From positions 1 to 54,818 of the forward strand of contig JAJCZW010000004.1 in NCBI GenBank assembly GCA_029262155.1: DNA of 54,818 nucleotides, written 5' to 3'. Every line of letters begins with the position of its first letter. Position 1 is the stretch's first letter. The notes beneath the pieces are model-generated. The model was not told the origin of the DNA. It saw only the letters and a program-made list of their open reading frames with translations, and searched no databases. The stretch comes from Gemmatimonadota bacterium. Lineage in GTDB: Bacteria > Gemmatimonadota > Gemmatimonadetes > Gemmatimonadales > GWC2-71-9. The position numbers and the translations under genes are program-made. Below are positions 8,213-18,279 of this stretch, piece by piece.

Positions 8213-10800
8213 TCGGACGGTCCCACGCGGCGCTGAAGATCGGCGAGACGATTGAGCGCCTGCAGCGGGGTGAGAGACTCAAGATCGAGTGCCCGTATCT
8301 CCTGCACCACTGGGTCAGGGGCCACGCTCCCTTCGAAGAGCGCCAGTTGGCCGGGGTCGGTCGTCACGGGCGCACCGGGAACCATCCGATGTTCGCCTTC
8401 GAGCTGACGCAGGATCGCCTTGGCACACTCCACGACCTTGGAGGGCAGGCCCGCGAGTTCAGCGACGTGGATCCCGTACGACCGGTCGGTCCCGCCGGGT
8501 TCCAGTCGATGGAGGAACACAACCGAGTCGCCGCTCTCGCGTACCGCCACATTCAGGTTGCGTGCGTGCGCCAGCTGTTCGGGAAGTTGCATCAGTTCGT
8601 GATAGTGGGTGGCAAACATGGTCTTGCATCCGATGCGATCGTGCACATGTTCCGTCACCGCCCAGGCGATTGCGACGCCATCGTAGGTGGACGTGCCCCG
8701 TCCGATTTCGTCCAGAAGGACCAAGCTTTGGGCGGTCGCGTTGTGGAGAATGGCACTCGTCTCGCTCATTTCGACCATGAAGGTCGATTGCCCCCGGGCG
8801 AGGTTATCGCTCGCACCCACGCGGGTAAAGAGACGATCCACCACCCCGATCCGCCCCGACTTGGCCGGAATGTAGCTTCCGATCTGAGCCAGGATCACCG
8901 CCAGCCCTATCTGGCGCAACACGGTGGATTTCCCGGCCATATTAGGACCGGTAACGAGGAGCACTCTCGCGGCGGCGTCAAACCGGACATCGTTCGGGAT
9001 GAACGATTCGCGAGACATCATCTGTTCGACCACCGCATGGCGGCAACCGACGAGCTCGAGGTCGAAGTCCGAGGTCACGTCCGGTCGGACATATTGATTC
9101 CGAATGGCGGTTTCAGCCAGGGCGGCCAGAACATCGAGTTGGGCCAACACCCGGGCCGTTCCCTGGAGACGTTCGACCGCTTGCCCAGCCCGATCACGGA
9201 GCACGGCGAAGAGTTCAGCCTCTCGGGTTGCCAGTCGTTCCTCCGCCCCGAGGACCTTGGCCTCATACTCTTTCAATTCCGCGGTGACGTAACGCTCAGC
9301 GGAGGTGAGCGTCTGGCGCCGCTCGTAATCGGTTGGGACCCGGTTGGTGTGGGTGTGGGTGACCTCGAGATAATACCCGAACACCTTGTTATACCCCACC
9401 TTGAGCGATGGAATTCCGGTTCGCTCCCGCTCCCGTTGCTGCAAGCCGGCGATGTATTCCTTCCCGCCGTCACGTAGAACGCGTGTGTCGTCGAGTTCGG
9501 TGTCATAGCCTAACCGGATAACCCCTCCATCTCCAAGGGAGATTGGGAGTCTGTCCTCCAGACCGGCCCCGAGGACGGCGGCCAGGTCTTGGAGCAAGTC
9601 GAGGGAACTCCGAAGGGTCTGTAACAGGCTCGGGGTGTCGTCGGTGTTGAGTTGGTCCAGGGCTGCGAGGGTGTCGGGCAGACGGTGAAGCGAGTCGCGG
9701 AGGGCTCCCATCTCTCGTGGGGTTGCGCGGCCCGCCGCGGCCCGGCCCGCCACGCGTTCAAGATCGCGAACCCCGTCCAAGGCTTCCCGCAAGAGAGTGC
9801 GACCCGGCGTCTGCTGCACCATCGTCTCGACGGCGTCGAGCCGGGCGTTGATCGTGTCCGGGTTGCAGAGAGGAGAGAGCAACCACTGGCGGAGGGCGCG
9901 GGCACCCATCGGCGTGACGGTGGCATCGATGACTTCGAGGAGCGTGACACCTTTGACGCCGGCACGGAGGGGCTCGACTAACTCGAGGTTCCGGCGGGTC
10001 ATGTCGTCGATCCAGAGATGCTCGTTCGATCGGCGCATCGTGGGGCGCGTCAGATGGGGGACCCCGGACGGCTGAAGATCGGCGAGATACCGCAGAAGGG
10101 CTCCCGCAGCACCGACCGCCGGGAGATCCGTCTCACCGATGCCCAAGCCATCGAGAGAAGCAAGATTGAACCGACGGGCCAACTCCTCTCCGCCTAGCGA
10201 GGGGTCAAACTCCCACGGTTCTCGGGTTGTCTGCAAAGAGTCCCGGAGGGTTGGCCAGGTGGTGCCGGTTGGGACGACGAGTTCACGGGGACGGAGACGC
10301 CCCAGGGCATCGGAGAGACCGGCCATCTCCGTTGTCTCCAAAAGAAACTCACCGGTGGTGAGGTCTGTTGCGGCGAGGCCAACGATCGTTTCGCCGGCGT
10401 TCGGGTACAGGGCAACGAGAAAGTTGTTCTCACCACCAGGCACCCAGCCATCCTCGAACTGGGCTCCTGGAGTGACCGTCTCCACAACGGCGCGCCGCAC
10501 AATGCCCTTCGCCTGTTTGGGATTCTCAACCTGTTCGCAGATGGCAACCCGGTGGCCCGCTCGAACGAGTTGCTTCAGGTATTCTGATGCGGCTTTGACT
10601 GGTACGCCCGCCAGGGGGACCCCGTCACCACGTGAGGTGAGCGTGATGTTGAGGACCTTCGCGCCAAGTCGAGCGTCTTCGAAGAACATCTCGTAGAAGT
10701 CGCCCATCCTGAAGAACAAGATCGCATCGGTATGCTGCGCTTTGATTTCGCGGTATTGCGCGAGTAGTGGGGTCGTGGCGCCAACAGTAGAGCGACTCAT
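8209..10800 (-). CDS. mutS: DNA mismatch repair protein MutS
   Basis: 863 aa. N-terminal TPLLAQYREIKAQHTDAILFFRMGDFYEMF, Walker A GPNMAGKST, and STFMVEM. Confidence 0.97.
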   Translation of the reverse strand: MSRSTVGATTPLLAQYREIKAQHTDAILFFRMGDFYEMFFEDARLGAKVLNITLTSRGDGVPLAGVPVKAASEYLKQLVRAGHRVAICEQVENPKQAKGIVRRAVVETVTPGAQFEDGWVPGGENNFLVALYPNAGETIVGLAATDLTTGEFLLETTEMAGLSDALGRLRPRELVVPTGTTWPTLRDSLQTTREPWEFDPSLGGEELARRFNLASLDGLGIGETDLPAVGAAGALLRYLADLQPSGVPHLTRPTMRRSNEHLWIDDMTRRNLELVEPLRAGVKGVTLLEVIDATVTPMGARALRQWLLSPLCNPDTINARLDAVETMVQQTPGRTLLREALDGVRDLERVAGRAAAGRATPREMGALRDSLHRLPDTLAALDQLNTDDTPSLLQTLRSSLDLLQDLAAVLGAGLEDRLPISLGDGGVIRLGYDTELDDTRVLRDGGKEYIAGLQQRERERTGIPSLKVGYNKVFGYYLEVTHTHTNRVPTDYERRQTLTSAERYVTAELKEYEAKVLGAEERLATREAELFAVLRDRAGQAVERLQGTARVLAQLDVLAALAETAIRNQYVRPDVTSDFDLELVGCRHAVVEQMMSRESFIPNDVRFDAAARVLLVTGPNMAGKSTVLRQIGLAVILAQIGSYIPAKSGRIGVVDRLFTRVGASDNLARGQSTFMVEMSETSAILHNATAQSLVLLDEIGRGTSTYDGVAIAWAVTEHVHDRIGCKTMFATHYHELMQLPEQLAHARNLNVAVRESGDSVVFLHRLEPGGTDRSYGIHVAELAGLPSKVVECAKAILRQLEGEHRMVPGAPVTTDPGQLALFEGSVAPDPVVQEIRALDLESLTPLQALNRLADLQRRVGPSD

Positions 10801-11630
10801 CGGGTCACTACGATGAACGGCCCCTGACCAAAGCGGTCTTGGATGCGCCGCAACGCCACACCAGCATCATCGCGTGACCGGAAGGGACCGGCCTGTACTT
10901 TGAAGAATCCACCCTGCTCCACCGTGATCGCCTCATACCCCAACTCCTTGAGTCTGCCAATGACCTGGTCCGCAGCAGCTTGGGTCCTGAGGGCAGCGGT
11001 CTGCACCCGAAAGATTGGTCCAGTTGGCGGCGGAGGCGGAGGTGGTGTCACAACCGGTTGGCGGCTTGAATCGCGGCTGACAGCGGCCTGGCAGCGTTGG
11101 AGTTGGAACCGAAGTTGGTTCCGGAGTTCGAGATCGTCGCCGACTGCTTCGAGCCCTCGGGTGGCCATCCGACATGCCTGGGCTGCCTGGCGACTTTCGT
11201 AGGCCGCGCGGGCTCCCCAAAACCCTGCGGTGGCCCGGAGCGGGCTCAAGGGATAGTCGTCAAGGAGTCGGGCGAAGTATTGAATGGCCCCACTCGGGCT
11301 GTCGGTGGCATACTCCAACTGACCAAGCAACAGGAGTGCGTTGTCGGCCCAATCGGAGAGCGAGTACTCAATGGTGACTCGCTGGAGAGACCGTCGCCGA
11401 TCTTCAAGTGTTCCGGCAACCAGACCTTGGGTGAAGAGTACCTCGGCGAAGAGGGCGTCGGTCCGAAGGGTGTTGGCCAGGAGTCGCGCGGTAACGGCTC
11501 GAGCAGAATCGCCGAGTCCTGCCTGGGCCAATCGAACAGCTTCCTTCAACCGAGGGTCCACCTGTGCGTCTAACGACAGGGAGCCGCCCAATACGCACAG
11601 CAAGACACCGAGTGCAGCGATGCGTTTCAT
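10797..11630 (-). CDS. SPOR domain protein with helical-repeat N-terminal region
   Basis: ORF trimmed to MKRIAALGVLLCVLGG (signal peptide; ATGA overlap with holA). Pro-rich linker PPPPPPP, then SPOR-like FRVQTAAL...FFKVQAGPFRSRDDA. Confidence 0.7.
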   Translation of the reverse strand: MKRIAALGVLLCVLGGSLSLDAQVDPRLKEAVRLAQAGLGDSARAVTARLLANTLRTDALFAEVLFTQGLVAGTLEDRRRSLQRVTIEYSLSDWADNALLLLGQLEYATDSPSGAIQYFARLLDDYPLSPLRATAGFWGARAAYESRQAAQACRMATRGLEAVGDDLELRNQLRFQLQRCQAAVSRDSSRQPVVTPPPPPPPTGPIFRVQTAALRTQAAADQVIGRLKELGYEAITVEQGGFFKVQAGPFRSRDDAGVALRRIQDRFGQGPFIVVTR

Positions 11631-12676
11631 GCGGCGACTTTCTCGCGGTGGTGCAGCCGAAGGACAAGGTCGGTGAGGATACCCAGTTCGGTCGAGATCG
11701 TGGTCGACTTGAGGGCTTCGTCGGCCCACCGGGTGTGACGAAGGGCTTCCCGAATGCGCGGGGCAGGCCAGCGGTCAGCCCACTGACTCCACAGGCGGGC
11801 CGTCTCTTTGTAGTCAATTCCCCAGAGACGCGCTTTTCTGATCGCGTTGAACAAGGCCGATTCGAGGGCGCGGCCGCGTTTTCGTTGATCGTACAGGGTG
11901 CGGCCCAACCCGACACCCACCAAGGTGGAGCCGAGGAGGGCGACAAGGCGAACGCCCGAAACGCCGGATTGGCTGAGCACGGGGGCGAGGAGTGCCGTTG
12001 CCCGTGGGAGGTCGCCGTCCAAAACGGCGTCTCGCCAATCGAACTGGGTTTCGCCATGCCGGACGCCGAGCAGACTCCCTACGCGATCGACGTCGAGCGG
12101 GCCAGTGTCTGCCAGCCCTGACAGCTTCCCCAACTCAGCCGCAATCGCACCGAGATTTGCTTCAAGGACCGATACCAGATGAGTGACCGCGTCGTCGGTC
12201 AACTGGAGATCTAGCGACTTGGCTCGGTGTTGCACCCAACGGGCCGCTCGATCGGGTGGGAGGGTTGCCAGTTCGACGGAGTAGCTCCGCTTGGCCAACT
12301 CGGCGTCCGGCGGACCATCCCCGGTTTGAACGAGAATGAGGATCGTATCCGGCGCGGGATGGTCGAGATACGCAAGTGCCGCCGTTTTCGCCTTGCTCTT
12401 CCGATTCCATGCTTCGCTGTCTCGAATCACAATCGCTCGATGCTCGGCCATCATGGGGAGAGTGCTACACAGAGTCGAAAGCTCGTTGGGTGAGAATGTC
12501 GATCCGCTACGGAGGTCGAGATTGAAGTCCCGGAGGGATGGATCGAGTGTCCGGTCGAGGATGGCTTCGATCGCCTCGTCTTTCAATTGGTGTTCCGCCC
12601 CGTGCAAATAGTAGCAAGGCGTAAGCTTACCCCCCTTGAGGCTGCGAAAGAGCGCGTCGAAGTCGTGATGAGCCAT
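11627..12676 (-). CDS. holA: DNA polymerase III subunit delta
   Basis: 349 aa. N-terminal L..CYYLHGAEHQLKDEAIEAIL pattern and length are typical of HolA. Confidence 0.85.
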   Translation of the reverse strand: MAHHDFDALFRSLKGGKLTPCYYLHGAEHQLKDEAIEAILDRTLDPSLRDFNLDLRSGSTFSPNELSTLCSTLPMMAEHRAIVIRDSEAWNRKSKAKTAALAYLDHPAPDTILILVQTGDGPPDAELAKRSYSVELATLPPDRAARWVQHRAKSLDLQLTDDAVTHLVSVLEANLGAIAAELGKLSGLADTGPLDVDRVGSLLGVRHGETQFDWRDAVLDGDLPRATALLAPVLSQSGVSGVRLVALLGSTLVGVGLGRTLYDQRKRGRALESALFNAIRKARLWGIDYKETARLWSQWADRWPAPRIREALRHTRWADEALKSTTISTELGILTDLVLRLHHREKVAA

Positions 12677-12792
12677 AGAGGAAATGTAATGGGACCGGAC
12701 CCGAACCTCCGAGCGATGACGGGGTACGTTGTCACCGCTCGGAAGGCTCAGCCCAAATCATCCTGAAAGAGGTGTCATGCCGCTTCGCCTAG

Positions 12793-13416
12793 TTACCGTT
12801 CGGGGTCGGTCGGTACCATGATATGGGCGTACGGTGACCCCTTCCACATCAAGTAGGGCCCCCCCGTCGTATAGTCCACGGTGATGGCATCGATTCGGGC
12901 GGGATCGGCTGGGAACAGCATAGTATGGGGTCCACTGACGATCCAGTCGTTGTCCGCCGTGGCGTCGCTCGCGTAGGGGTCGATGTTGCTGGCCCCCATG
13001 TCGCCGTGGAGCATGTACCCCAGACCAAGCACTTCGTTCCCCGGTTCGGTGTGGTTCATGAAGCCTTCGGCCCACGCCATCGTCATGGCATCGCCACACA
13101 TCGGAGCCGCTTCCGTTGCCGATCCGTACCCCCCTGCAGGCGGCGGCGTGAGCGGGAAGCAGGTCCATCCGTTGGTCCCCGCTCGCAGCTCCTTGGTCGG
13201 CGCCGTGAGAGAATCGTTCCAGTCAAGAACGGTCGCGCCGCTGGCGATGCTCGCCGGAGCGGCGCTTGAGTATGCCTGAATCTTCCATTCCACCGAGCCG
13301 ACCTCGAGGGCAGCAAGCGGATCTTGTGCCCCAGCCGGTGCTTCCTGATCGGTGGTAGAACTTGGCTGGCAGCCGCTAACCGCGATGACGACCGCCAAAG
13401 TGGAGAACCGCAACAT
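12793..13416 (-). CDS. hypothetical lipoprotein
   Basis: Trimmed to MLRFSTLAVVIAVSGCQ (lipobox), with AGGAGG 7 nt upstream of the ATG on the minus strand. Confidence 0.6.
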   Translation of the reverse strand: MLRFSTLAVVIAVSGCQPSSTTDQEAPAGAQDPLAALEVGSVEWKIQAYSSAAPASIASGATVLDWNDSLTAPTKELRAGTNGWTCFPLTPPPAGGYGSATEAAPMCGDAMTMAWAEGFMNHTEPGNEVLGLGYMLHGDMGASNIDPYASDATADNDWIVSGPHTMLFPADPARIDAITVDYTTGGPYLMWKGSPYAHIMVPTDPER

Positions 13417-13707
13417 GGGAGACCTCCTGTGGTGTGTCCCGGGTGGGTGAAGAGAGAGGACACAGGTTACGACTCCGGACGCCGTCTGGCTAGTTCCTAC
13501 GTGATCCGGTCTCGACGGAGCTGTCCGCACGACTCACGCCCCAGTCGTCAAAGGGGTTCAGGCTTTACGACAGGCCTCGGGAGGGGTAGAGTAGTGAGAA
13601 CCCATGGACAGGTTACACCAACGCTGTATTAATTGGTTAGGTTCGTGTCGTTTGGCCAATCGATGTGATTGGCCAGTGATGCACACCATCTTCGGGAGGC
13701 AGACCGG

Positions 13708-14205
13708 ATGCCTTTGAATCGAACGACCCGTGAAGGGCTCATTGTTGGTCTGATCGCCTACGTATCGGTCGCAGCCTTCTACAGCGGCTTCGATCTCCTC
13801 GCCGCGCGAGGGACACTGTACACTGTTGATCTCCTGGGCAAGGTCGTTTTTCGAGGGCTCCGCGACCCAGGCATTCTCCTACTACCATTCAGCCCCGATC
13901 TGACGTCCATCTTCTGGTACAACGCGTTGCATCTCTTTCTTTCACTCGTGATCGGCCTCATCGTGACTGGGCTGGTGTGGCGGGCCGATCGATCGCCGGC
14001 CCAGGCACCGCTCGCGGGGCTCATCATCGTCCTTGGTTTTCTGGTGACGATACTCGGAGTCGGGTGGCTGACGACGCCGTGGCGACCAGTCCTCCCATGG
14101 TGGTCGATCGTGGTCGCCAACACCCTTGCCTCGTTCCTGGCGGGGGTCTATCTCCTGCGGAAACACCGGGGTCTCTGGCGCCGTCTGATGCCTTTGGCCA
14201 GCTAA
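13708..14205 (+). CDS. hypothetical multi-pass membrane protein
   Basis: About 4 hydrophobic helices. Start ambiguous (13669 or ATG 13708). Confidence 0.5.
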   Translation: MPLNRTTREGLIVGLIAYVSVAAFYSGFDLLAARGTLYTVDLLGKVVFRGLRDPGILLLPFSPDLTSIFWYNALHLFLSLVIGLIVTGLVWRADRSPAQAPLAGLIIVLGFLVTILGVGWLTTPWRPVLPWWSIVVANTLASFLAGVYLLRKHRGLWRRLMPLAS

Positions 14206-14209
14206 ACCA

Positions 14210-14755
14210 TCAGAACGAACCCCGGTGGAAGCACTGGACGTGCATGAGCGCCACCAAGGTTTTCCCATCCACGATCATGCCGGTTCGGATCATCCGTCCG
14301 ACCTCCGACCATCGAACGGTATGAACCTCAAGAAACTCATCCTCGTCCCGTTGGGCCTGTCCCGGCGTGAGGTCGGTGGCCAGAAAGAGGTGAATGCGCT
14401 CGTCGGTGAACCCTGGTGTGGTCAGAATGGTTGTGAGGGGGGTGAGGTTTCCTGCGGAGACGCCGGCCTCCTCTTTGAGTTCCCGGGCAGCGCACCCCTC
14501 GGGCGATTCACCCTCCACAAGTGTCCCTGCAGGGATCTCCCAGATGGTGCCACCGGCGGCGTGACGAAACTGATGAATCAGAAGGATACGAGGATCCTCA
14601 CCGACAGGGTCGTCGAGAAACGGGACAATAGCAGACGCCCCCGGGTGTCGGATCATCTCGAGTGTGCCCGAGGTGCCCGTGGGGAATCGGACCGTGTCAT
14701 GGTCGACATGAAAGACGCGACCACTATACGCGCGGATGGAGGAGATGAGTGTCAT
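14210..14755 (-). CDS. NUDIX hydrolase (ADP-ribose pyrophosphatase-like)
   Basis: Nudix box GTLVEGESPEGCAARELKEEAGV. Confidence 0.85.
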   Translation of the reverse strand: MTLISSIRAYSGRVFHVDHDTVRFPTGTSGTLEMIRHPGASAIVPFLDDPVGEDPRILLIHQFRHAAGGTIWEIPAGTLVEGESPEGCAARELKEEAGVSAGNLTPLTTILTTPGFTDERIHLFLATDLTPGQAQRDEDEFLEVHTVRWSEVGRMIRTGMIVDGKTLVALMHVQCFHRGSF

Positions 14756-14858
14756 CCCCTAATGTACCGATATCAACGGCCGAGGGTGGCCTGACGACAA
14801 CCGTGCCCAAGAACCCATTGGGCGTCCTTGAGCACGGTCGAAAGAGGGTTGGCCTAGC

Positions 14859-16280
14859 CTACGGTTCTGTCAGTTGGACCGGTCCCCAATCCAGGTTTTC
14901 GATCCCAGGGCGGATCGATGCGACATCCCCCACGACGACGACGGTCAGCCTATCAGGACGAAGGTGGGCTTGGGCCACCCGCTGGACATCGTCCACCGTC
15001 ACCGCCATGACGCGTTGGACAAAGGTCTCGAAGAAATCCGGCTCTTGGTGGAACGTGAGTAATTGGGCGAGTTGCCCTCCCATTTGGCTCGTGGTTTCGA
15101 AATCTCCCAGGAGGCCAAGGGCGAGATAGGCTTTTGCTCGGTCGAGTTCCTTCGGGTCGACCGGTTCGCTCCGGATCGCGTTCAACTCCTTCATGAACTC
15201 CACGAGCGAGCTATCGGTGACGTCGGTCCGAACCTGGGACGAACCCAGAAACGCTCCTGGGATCGGTCGGTACTGAAACCGCGACCCAGCGCCGTAGGTA
15301 TATCCTTTTGTTTCCCGCAGGTTGGTCATGAGCCGCGACGAGAACGACCCGCCCAGGATGGTATTCATCACCTGGACTGCATGGTAATCAGGATCACTCA
15401 GATCGAGACCACGATGGCCGAGTAGAACGACCGATTGCGCAGCCCCGGGCTTGTCGGCTAGGAAGATGGTGGTGGCCCGGTCGACCGGGTCGGGCACCGT
15501 GGCCTGCCGGTGGGCCGGAGCGCCGCGCGCCCAGCCTCCGAACCGTGTCTCGATCTCCCGTTGCGCTTCGTCCAGGGTGATGTCTCCGGTGATGACCAGC
15601 GTGGTGCGATTGGGAACCATCGACTCGACGTAGAACCGACGTACCGTTGCCGAATCCAATGCCGCGGTTGAGATCGAATCGCCGCCGGGACTCCGGTGAT
15701 AGGGGTGGCCTTCCGGAAAGAGTTCCCGGTTGAAGATGAGCCCCGCCACGGCGTTCGGCTGATCCCGTTGCTGGAGGAGACCTGCCAGGCGAAGGTCACG
15801 TTGGCGGGAGACTTCGGTGGTCGCGAATGTCGGACGGAGCACAACATCCGCCATCAGGTCTAGTCCTCGACCCATCTGCCGTTTTGGGACCCGAAGGGTG
15901 ACGGTGCTGAAATCCCAATTGGCGGTTGTGGAGAGAGATGCACCCAAGAACTCTGCCTCAGCGGCGATCATGAGTGCATCCCGACCCCCAGCACCTTCGT
16001 CCAGCATGCCAGCGGTGAAGCTGGCCAGTCCGGGCGACGTACCATCTTCTCGTGATCCACCGGTGATAAGCAGCTGGAACTGCACCAACGGAACCTCGTG
16101 CATCTCGACCAGACGAATCTCCAAGCCGTTGGCCAGCGTGGCCGAATGGATGGTGGGTAACGCGAGGCTTGGGGGCGACGCCAGAGTGGGAGGCGTCGAA
16201 CGATCCAGCCCCTGGGCCATCGCCACTGCAGGAAGAAGTATCAACATCAAACTGGTATGGAAGGCTCTCGGGGCCGTCAT
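14859..16280 (-). CDS. M16 family peptidase-like protein, non-catalytic partner
   Basis: M16 fold but no HxxEH (the equivalent site reads GLASFTAGMLDEGAG). Trimmed to MTAPRAF..., giving an ATGA overlap with the upstream M16 gene. Confidence 0.85.
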   Translation of the reverse strand: MTAPRAFHTSLMLILLPAVAMAQGLDRSTPPTLASPPSLALPTIHSATLANGLEIRLVEMHEVPLVQFQLLITGGSREDGTSPGLASFTAGMLDEGAGGRDALMIAAEAEFLGASLSTTANWDFSTVTLRVPKRQMGRGLDLMADVVLRPTFATTEVSRQRDLRLAGLLQQRDQPNAVAGLIFNRELFPEGHPYHRSPGGDSISTAALDSATVRRFYVESMVPNRTTLVITGDITLDEAQREIETRFGGWARGAPAHRQATVPDPVDRATTIFLADKPGAAQSVVLLGHRGLDLSDPDYHAVQVMNTILGGSFSSRLMTNLRETKGYTYGAGSRFQYRPIPGAFLGSSQVRTDVTDSSLVEFMKELNAIRSEPVDPKELDRAKAYLALGLLGDFETTSQMGGQLAQLLTFHQEPDFFETFVQRVMAVTVDDVQRVAQAHLRPDRLTVVVVGDVASIRPGIENLDWGPVQLTEP

Positions 16281-17662
16281 GGGATTACCCTCATCGGAGA
16301 AGCGGCGAGGTCGGTTTTTCCTTGGGGGACAATGCTGAGCATGACCTTGGGCGCCAGCAACCACGCGCGAACCGCGCGTTGCAGATCGGCCGGGGTCACC
16401 GCGCGATAGCGATCGAGGTCAGATTGGAATCCGTCGGGGTTCCCGGTCCGATAGTAGTACGAATTGAGCAGGTCAGCCTTGCGGCCGATCCGTTCCAAAC
16501 CATTGAGGAACCCCGACTCGAAGGCGTTTTTGGCCTGTTCCAGCTCGTGCTCGGTCGGGCCTTCCTCCGCGAGATGACGAATCTCGGCATCCAGAACCGA
16601 TTGCAACTCGGGGAGGCTCTTTCCCGGACGGGCGGTGGTGTAGACGGTGAAATCTCCGTCGAGTCGTTTCCCGTCCTGGAATGCGATGACATTGGTGGCG
16701 AGTTGGAGGTCGTACACTAACCGTTGCGTCAACCGACTGTTCTTGGCTCCTGCAAGAACATAGGCGGCGAGGTCAAGTGCCGCATCGCCATCGGCGTTGC
16801 CCTTGACGGTATGCCACTGATAGTACAGGCGAGGGAGTTGGACCCTGTCTTCCAAGACCGACGCAGTGTCGCGCGGCAGATGAAAAACCGGCGTATTGGG
16901 CCGGTTGATCGCCGGACCCCGCGGAATGTCTGCGAAATACTTCCGCACTTCGGCAAACACCTGCTCCGGGTCGACGTCCCCTGCGATGGCGAGTACCGCA
17001 TTGTTCGGGGCATAGTATCGACGGAAGAAAGCGCGGGTATCCTCCAGCGTTGCCGCTGACAGGTCGGCCATGGACCCGATCACCGGCCACGAGTAGGGAT
17101 GGCCGGCGGGGTACATCATATGAGTCATCGTCTCCCATGCCAGCCCGTACGGACGGTTTTCGTAGCTCTGGCGGCGCTCGTTCTTCACCACATCGCGCTG
17201 CAGATCCACCTTCGGTCCGTCCATCGTGGGGAGCATCCACCCCATCCGATCCGCCTCGAGCCAAAGCATGAGCGGGAGCGCCGTGGCGGGTCCTTCTTCG
17301 TAGTAGTTCGTTCGATCTTCGGTGGTGGACCCGTTGTTGTTCGCACCGGCGGCTTCGAGAAGACGGTCAAACGCCGGATAGACAGCATTTGCCGACCCCA
17401 TGAACATGAGGTGTTCAAAGAGATGCGCGAAGCCAGTACGGCCGGGTTGTTCATCACCCGATCCGACGTGATACCACACGTTGGTGACGACGGTTGGGAC
17501 CGAGTGGTCCTCGTGGACGATGACGCGAAGTCCATTGGGGAGGGTGTCCATCACAAAAGGAACCCGCAGGGGTCCGTCCTGGGCTCCGGCTCGGGACATC
17601 GCAACCAGAAACAGAAGGGCGCCGCCCAACAATCGACGGGTACTACGGTGAGCATCGACCAT
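16277..17662 (-). CDS. M16 family zinc peptidase (pitrilysin/insulinase-like), catalytic
   Basis: Inverted zinc motif HLFEHLMFMGS, signal peptide, 461 aa. Confidence 0.9.
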   Translation of the reverse strand: MVDAHRSTRRLLGGALLFLVAMSRAGAQDGPLRVPFVMDTLPNGLRVIVHEDHSVPTVVTNVWYHVGSGDEQPGRTGFAHLFEHLMFMGSANAVYPAFDRLLEAAGANNNGSTTEDRTNYYEEGPATALPLMLWLEADRMGWMLPTMDGPKVDLQRDVVKNERRQSYENRPYGLAWETMTHMMYPAGHPYSWPVIGSMADLSAATLEDTRAFFRRYYAPNNAVLAIAGDVDPEQVFAEVRKYFADIPRGPAINRPNTPVFHLPRDTASVLEDRVQLPRLYYQWHTVKGNADGDAALDLAAYVLAGAKNSRLTQRLVYDLQLATNVIAFQDGKRLDGDFTVYTTARPGKSLPELQSVLDAEIRHLAEEGPTEHELEQAKNAFESGFLNGLERIGRKADLLNSYYYRTGNPDGFQSDLDRYRAVTPADLQRAVRAWLLAPKVMLSIVPQGKTDLAASPMRVIP

Positions 17663-17664
17663 GG

Positions 17665-18279
17665 TTACCTCGGGGGAGGGTCACTGTGTACGAGAGAACG
17701 AAACCACACGACAGGAATCTTGAGCGCTTCCGCTGACACATAGCGGAGTTCCTGCTGGAGGTGGACCGAAATGGGACTCGTTGCCGTCGGGGAGGTGTAG
17801 GCTTTGAGGTGTACCCGACGCGCTTCGAGCCGAAGCCGCAGTAAGTGAAAAGGATCGCTGACCAGCAAGATCGACGAGACGTTCTGATCCGAAGCCCACT
17901 CCGAAACCGACGTCATCGAGGTCATGGTTGTCCGTCCTTCGGGTCGGACCACCACGGCCATGTTTGGCACCTCCTGCGACACAAGGTACCGCTGCCCGAC
18001 CGTGGCTTCGCTCTGGGTGTCACCTGTTCCGATCCCTCCCGTGACGACGATAATGGGAGCCAACCCAGCCCGGTAGAGCGTGAGGGCGTGGTCCAACCGT
18101 GCCTTGAGGACTGCCGAGGGTCGCCCGTTGTATTGAGCTGCACCGAGCACGACGATTGCATCGACCCGTCGACGCTGATCCTGCCGGCTGACGAGAAGGA
18201 CGGAGACAAAGAGCGCCCCGTAGATCAGGGCGCCGATGCCAACCGCCAGGAGACCCCAGCGACGGAGGTGTCGGATCAC
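17665..18279 (-). CDS. YdcF/DUF218 family protein
   Basis: N-terminal TM helix, then IVVLGAAQYNGRPS...IIVVTGG... is typical of DUF218. Confidence 0.7.
   Translation of the reverse strand: MIRHLRRWGLLAVGIGALIYGALFVSVLLVSRQDQRRRVDAIVVLGAAQYNGRPSAVLKARLDHALTLYRAGLAPIIVVTGGIGTGDTQSEATVGQRYLVSQEVPNMAVVVRPEGRTTMTSMTSVSEWASDQNVSSILLVSDPFHLLRLRLEARRVHLKAYTSPTATSPISVHLQQELRYVSAEALKIPVVWFRSLVHSDPPPR

Noticed and set aside
8347-9477. 376-aa ORF antisense to mutS. Similar long antisense ORFs occur at 36206..37090, 38311..39549, 24359..25222, 28796..29713, 29096..29917, 29923..30777, 33023..33865, 42647..43378 and 45559..46278.
   Set aside because: These are typical high-GC shadow ORFs: Arg/Gly/Pro/His-rich, with no motifs, each opposite a gene with clear family signatures.
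14859-17662. M16 peptidase pair as something unusual
   Set aside because: Catalytic (HxxEH) plus non-catalytic M16 subunits encoded in tandem with overlapping stop/start is a well-known, ordinary arrangement.
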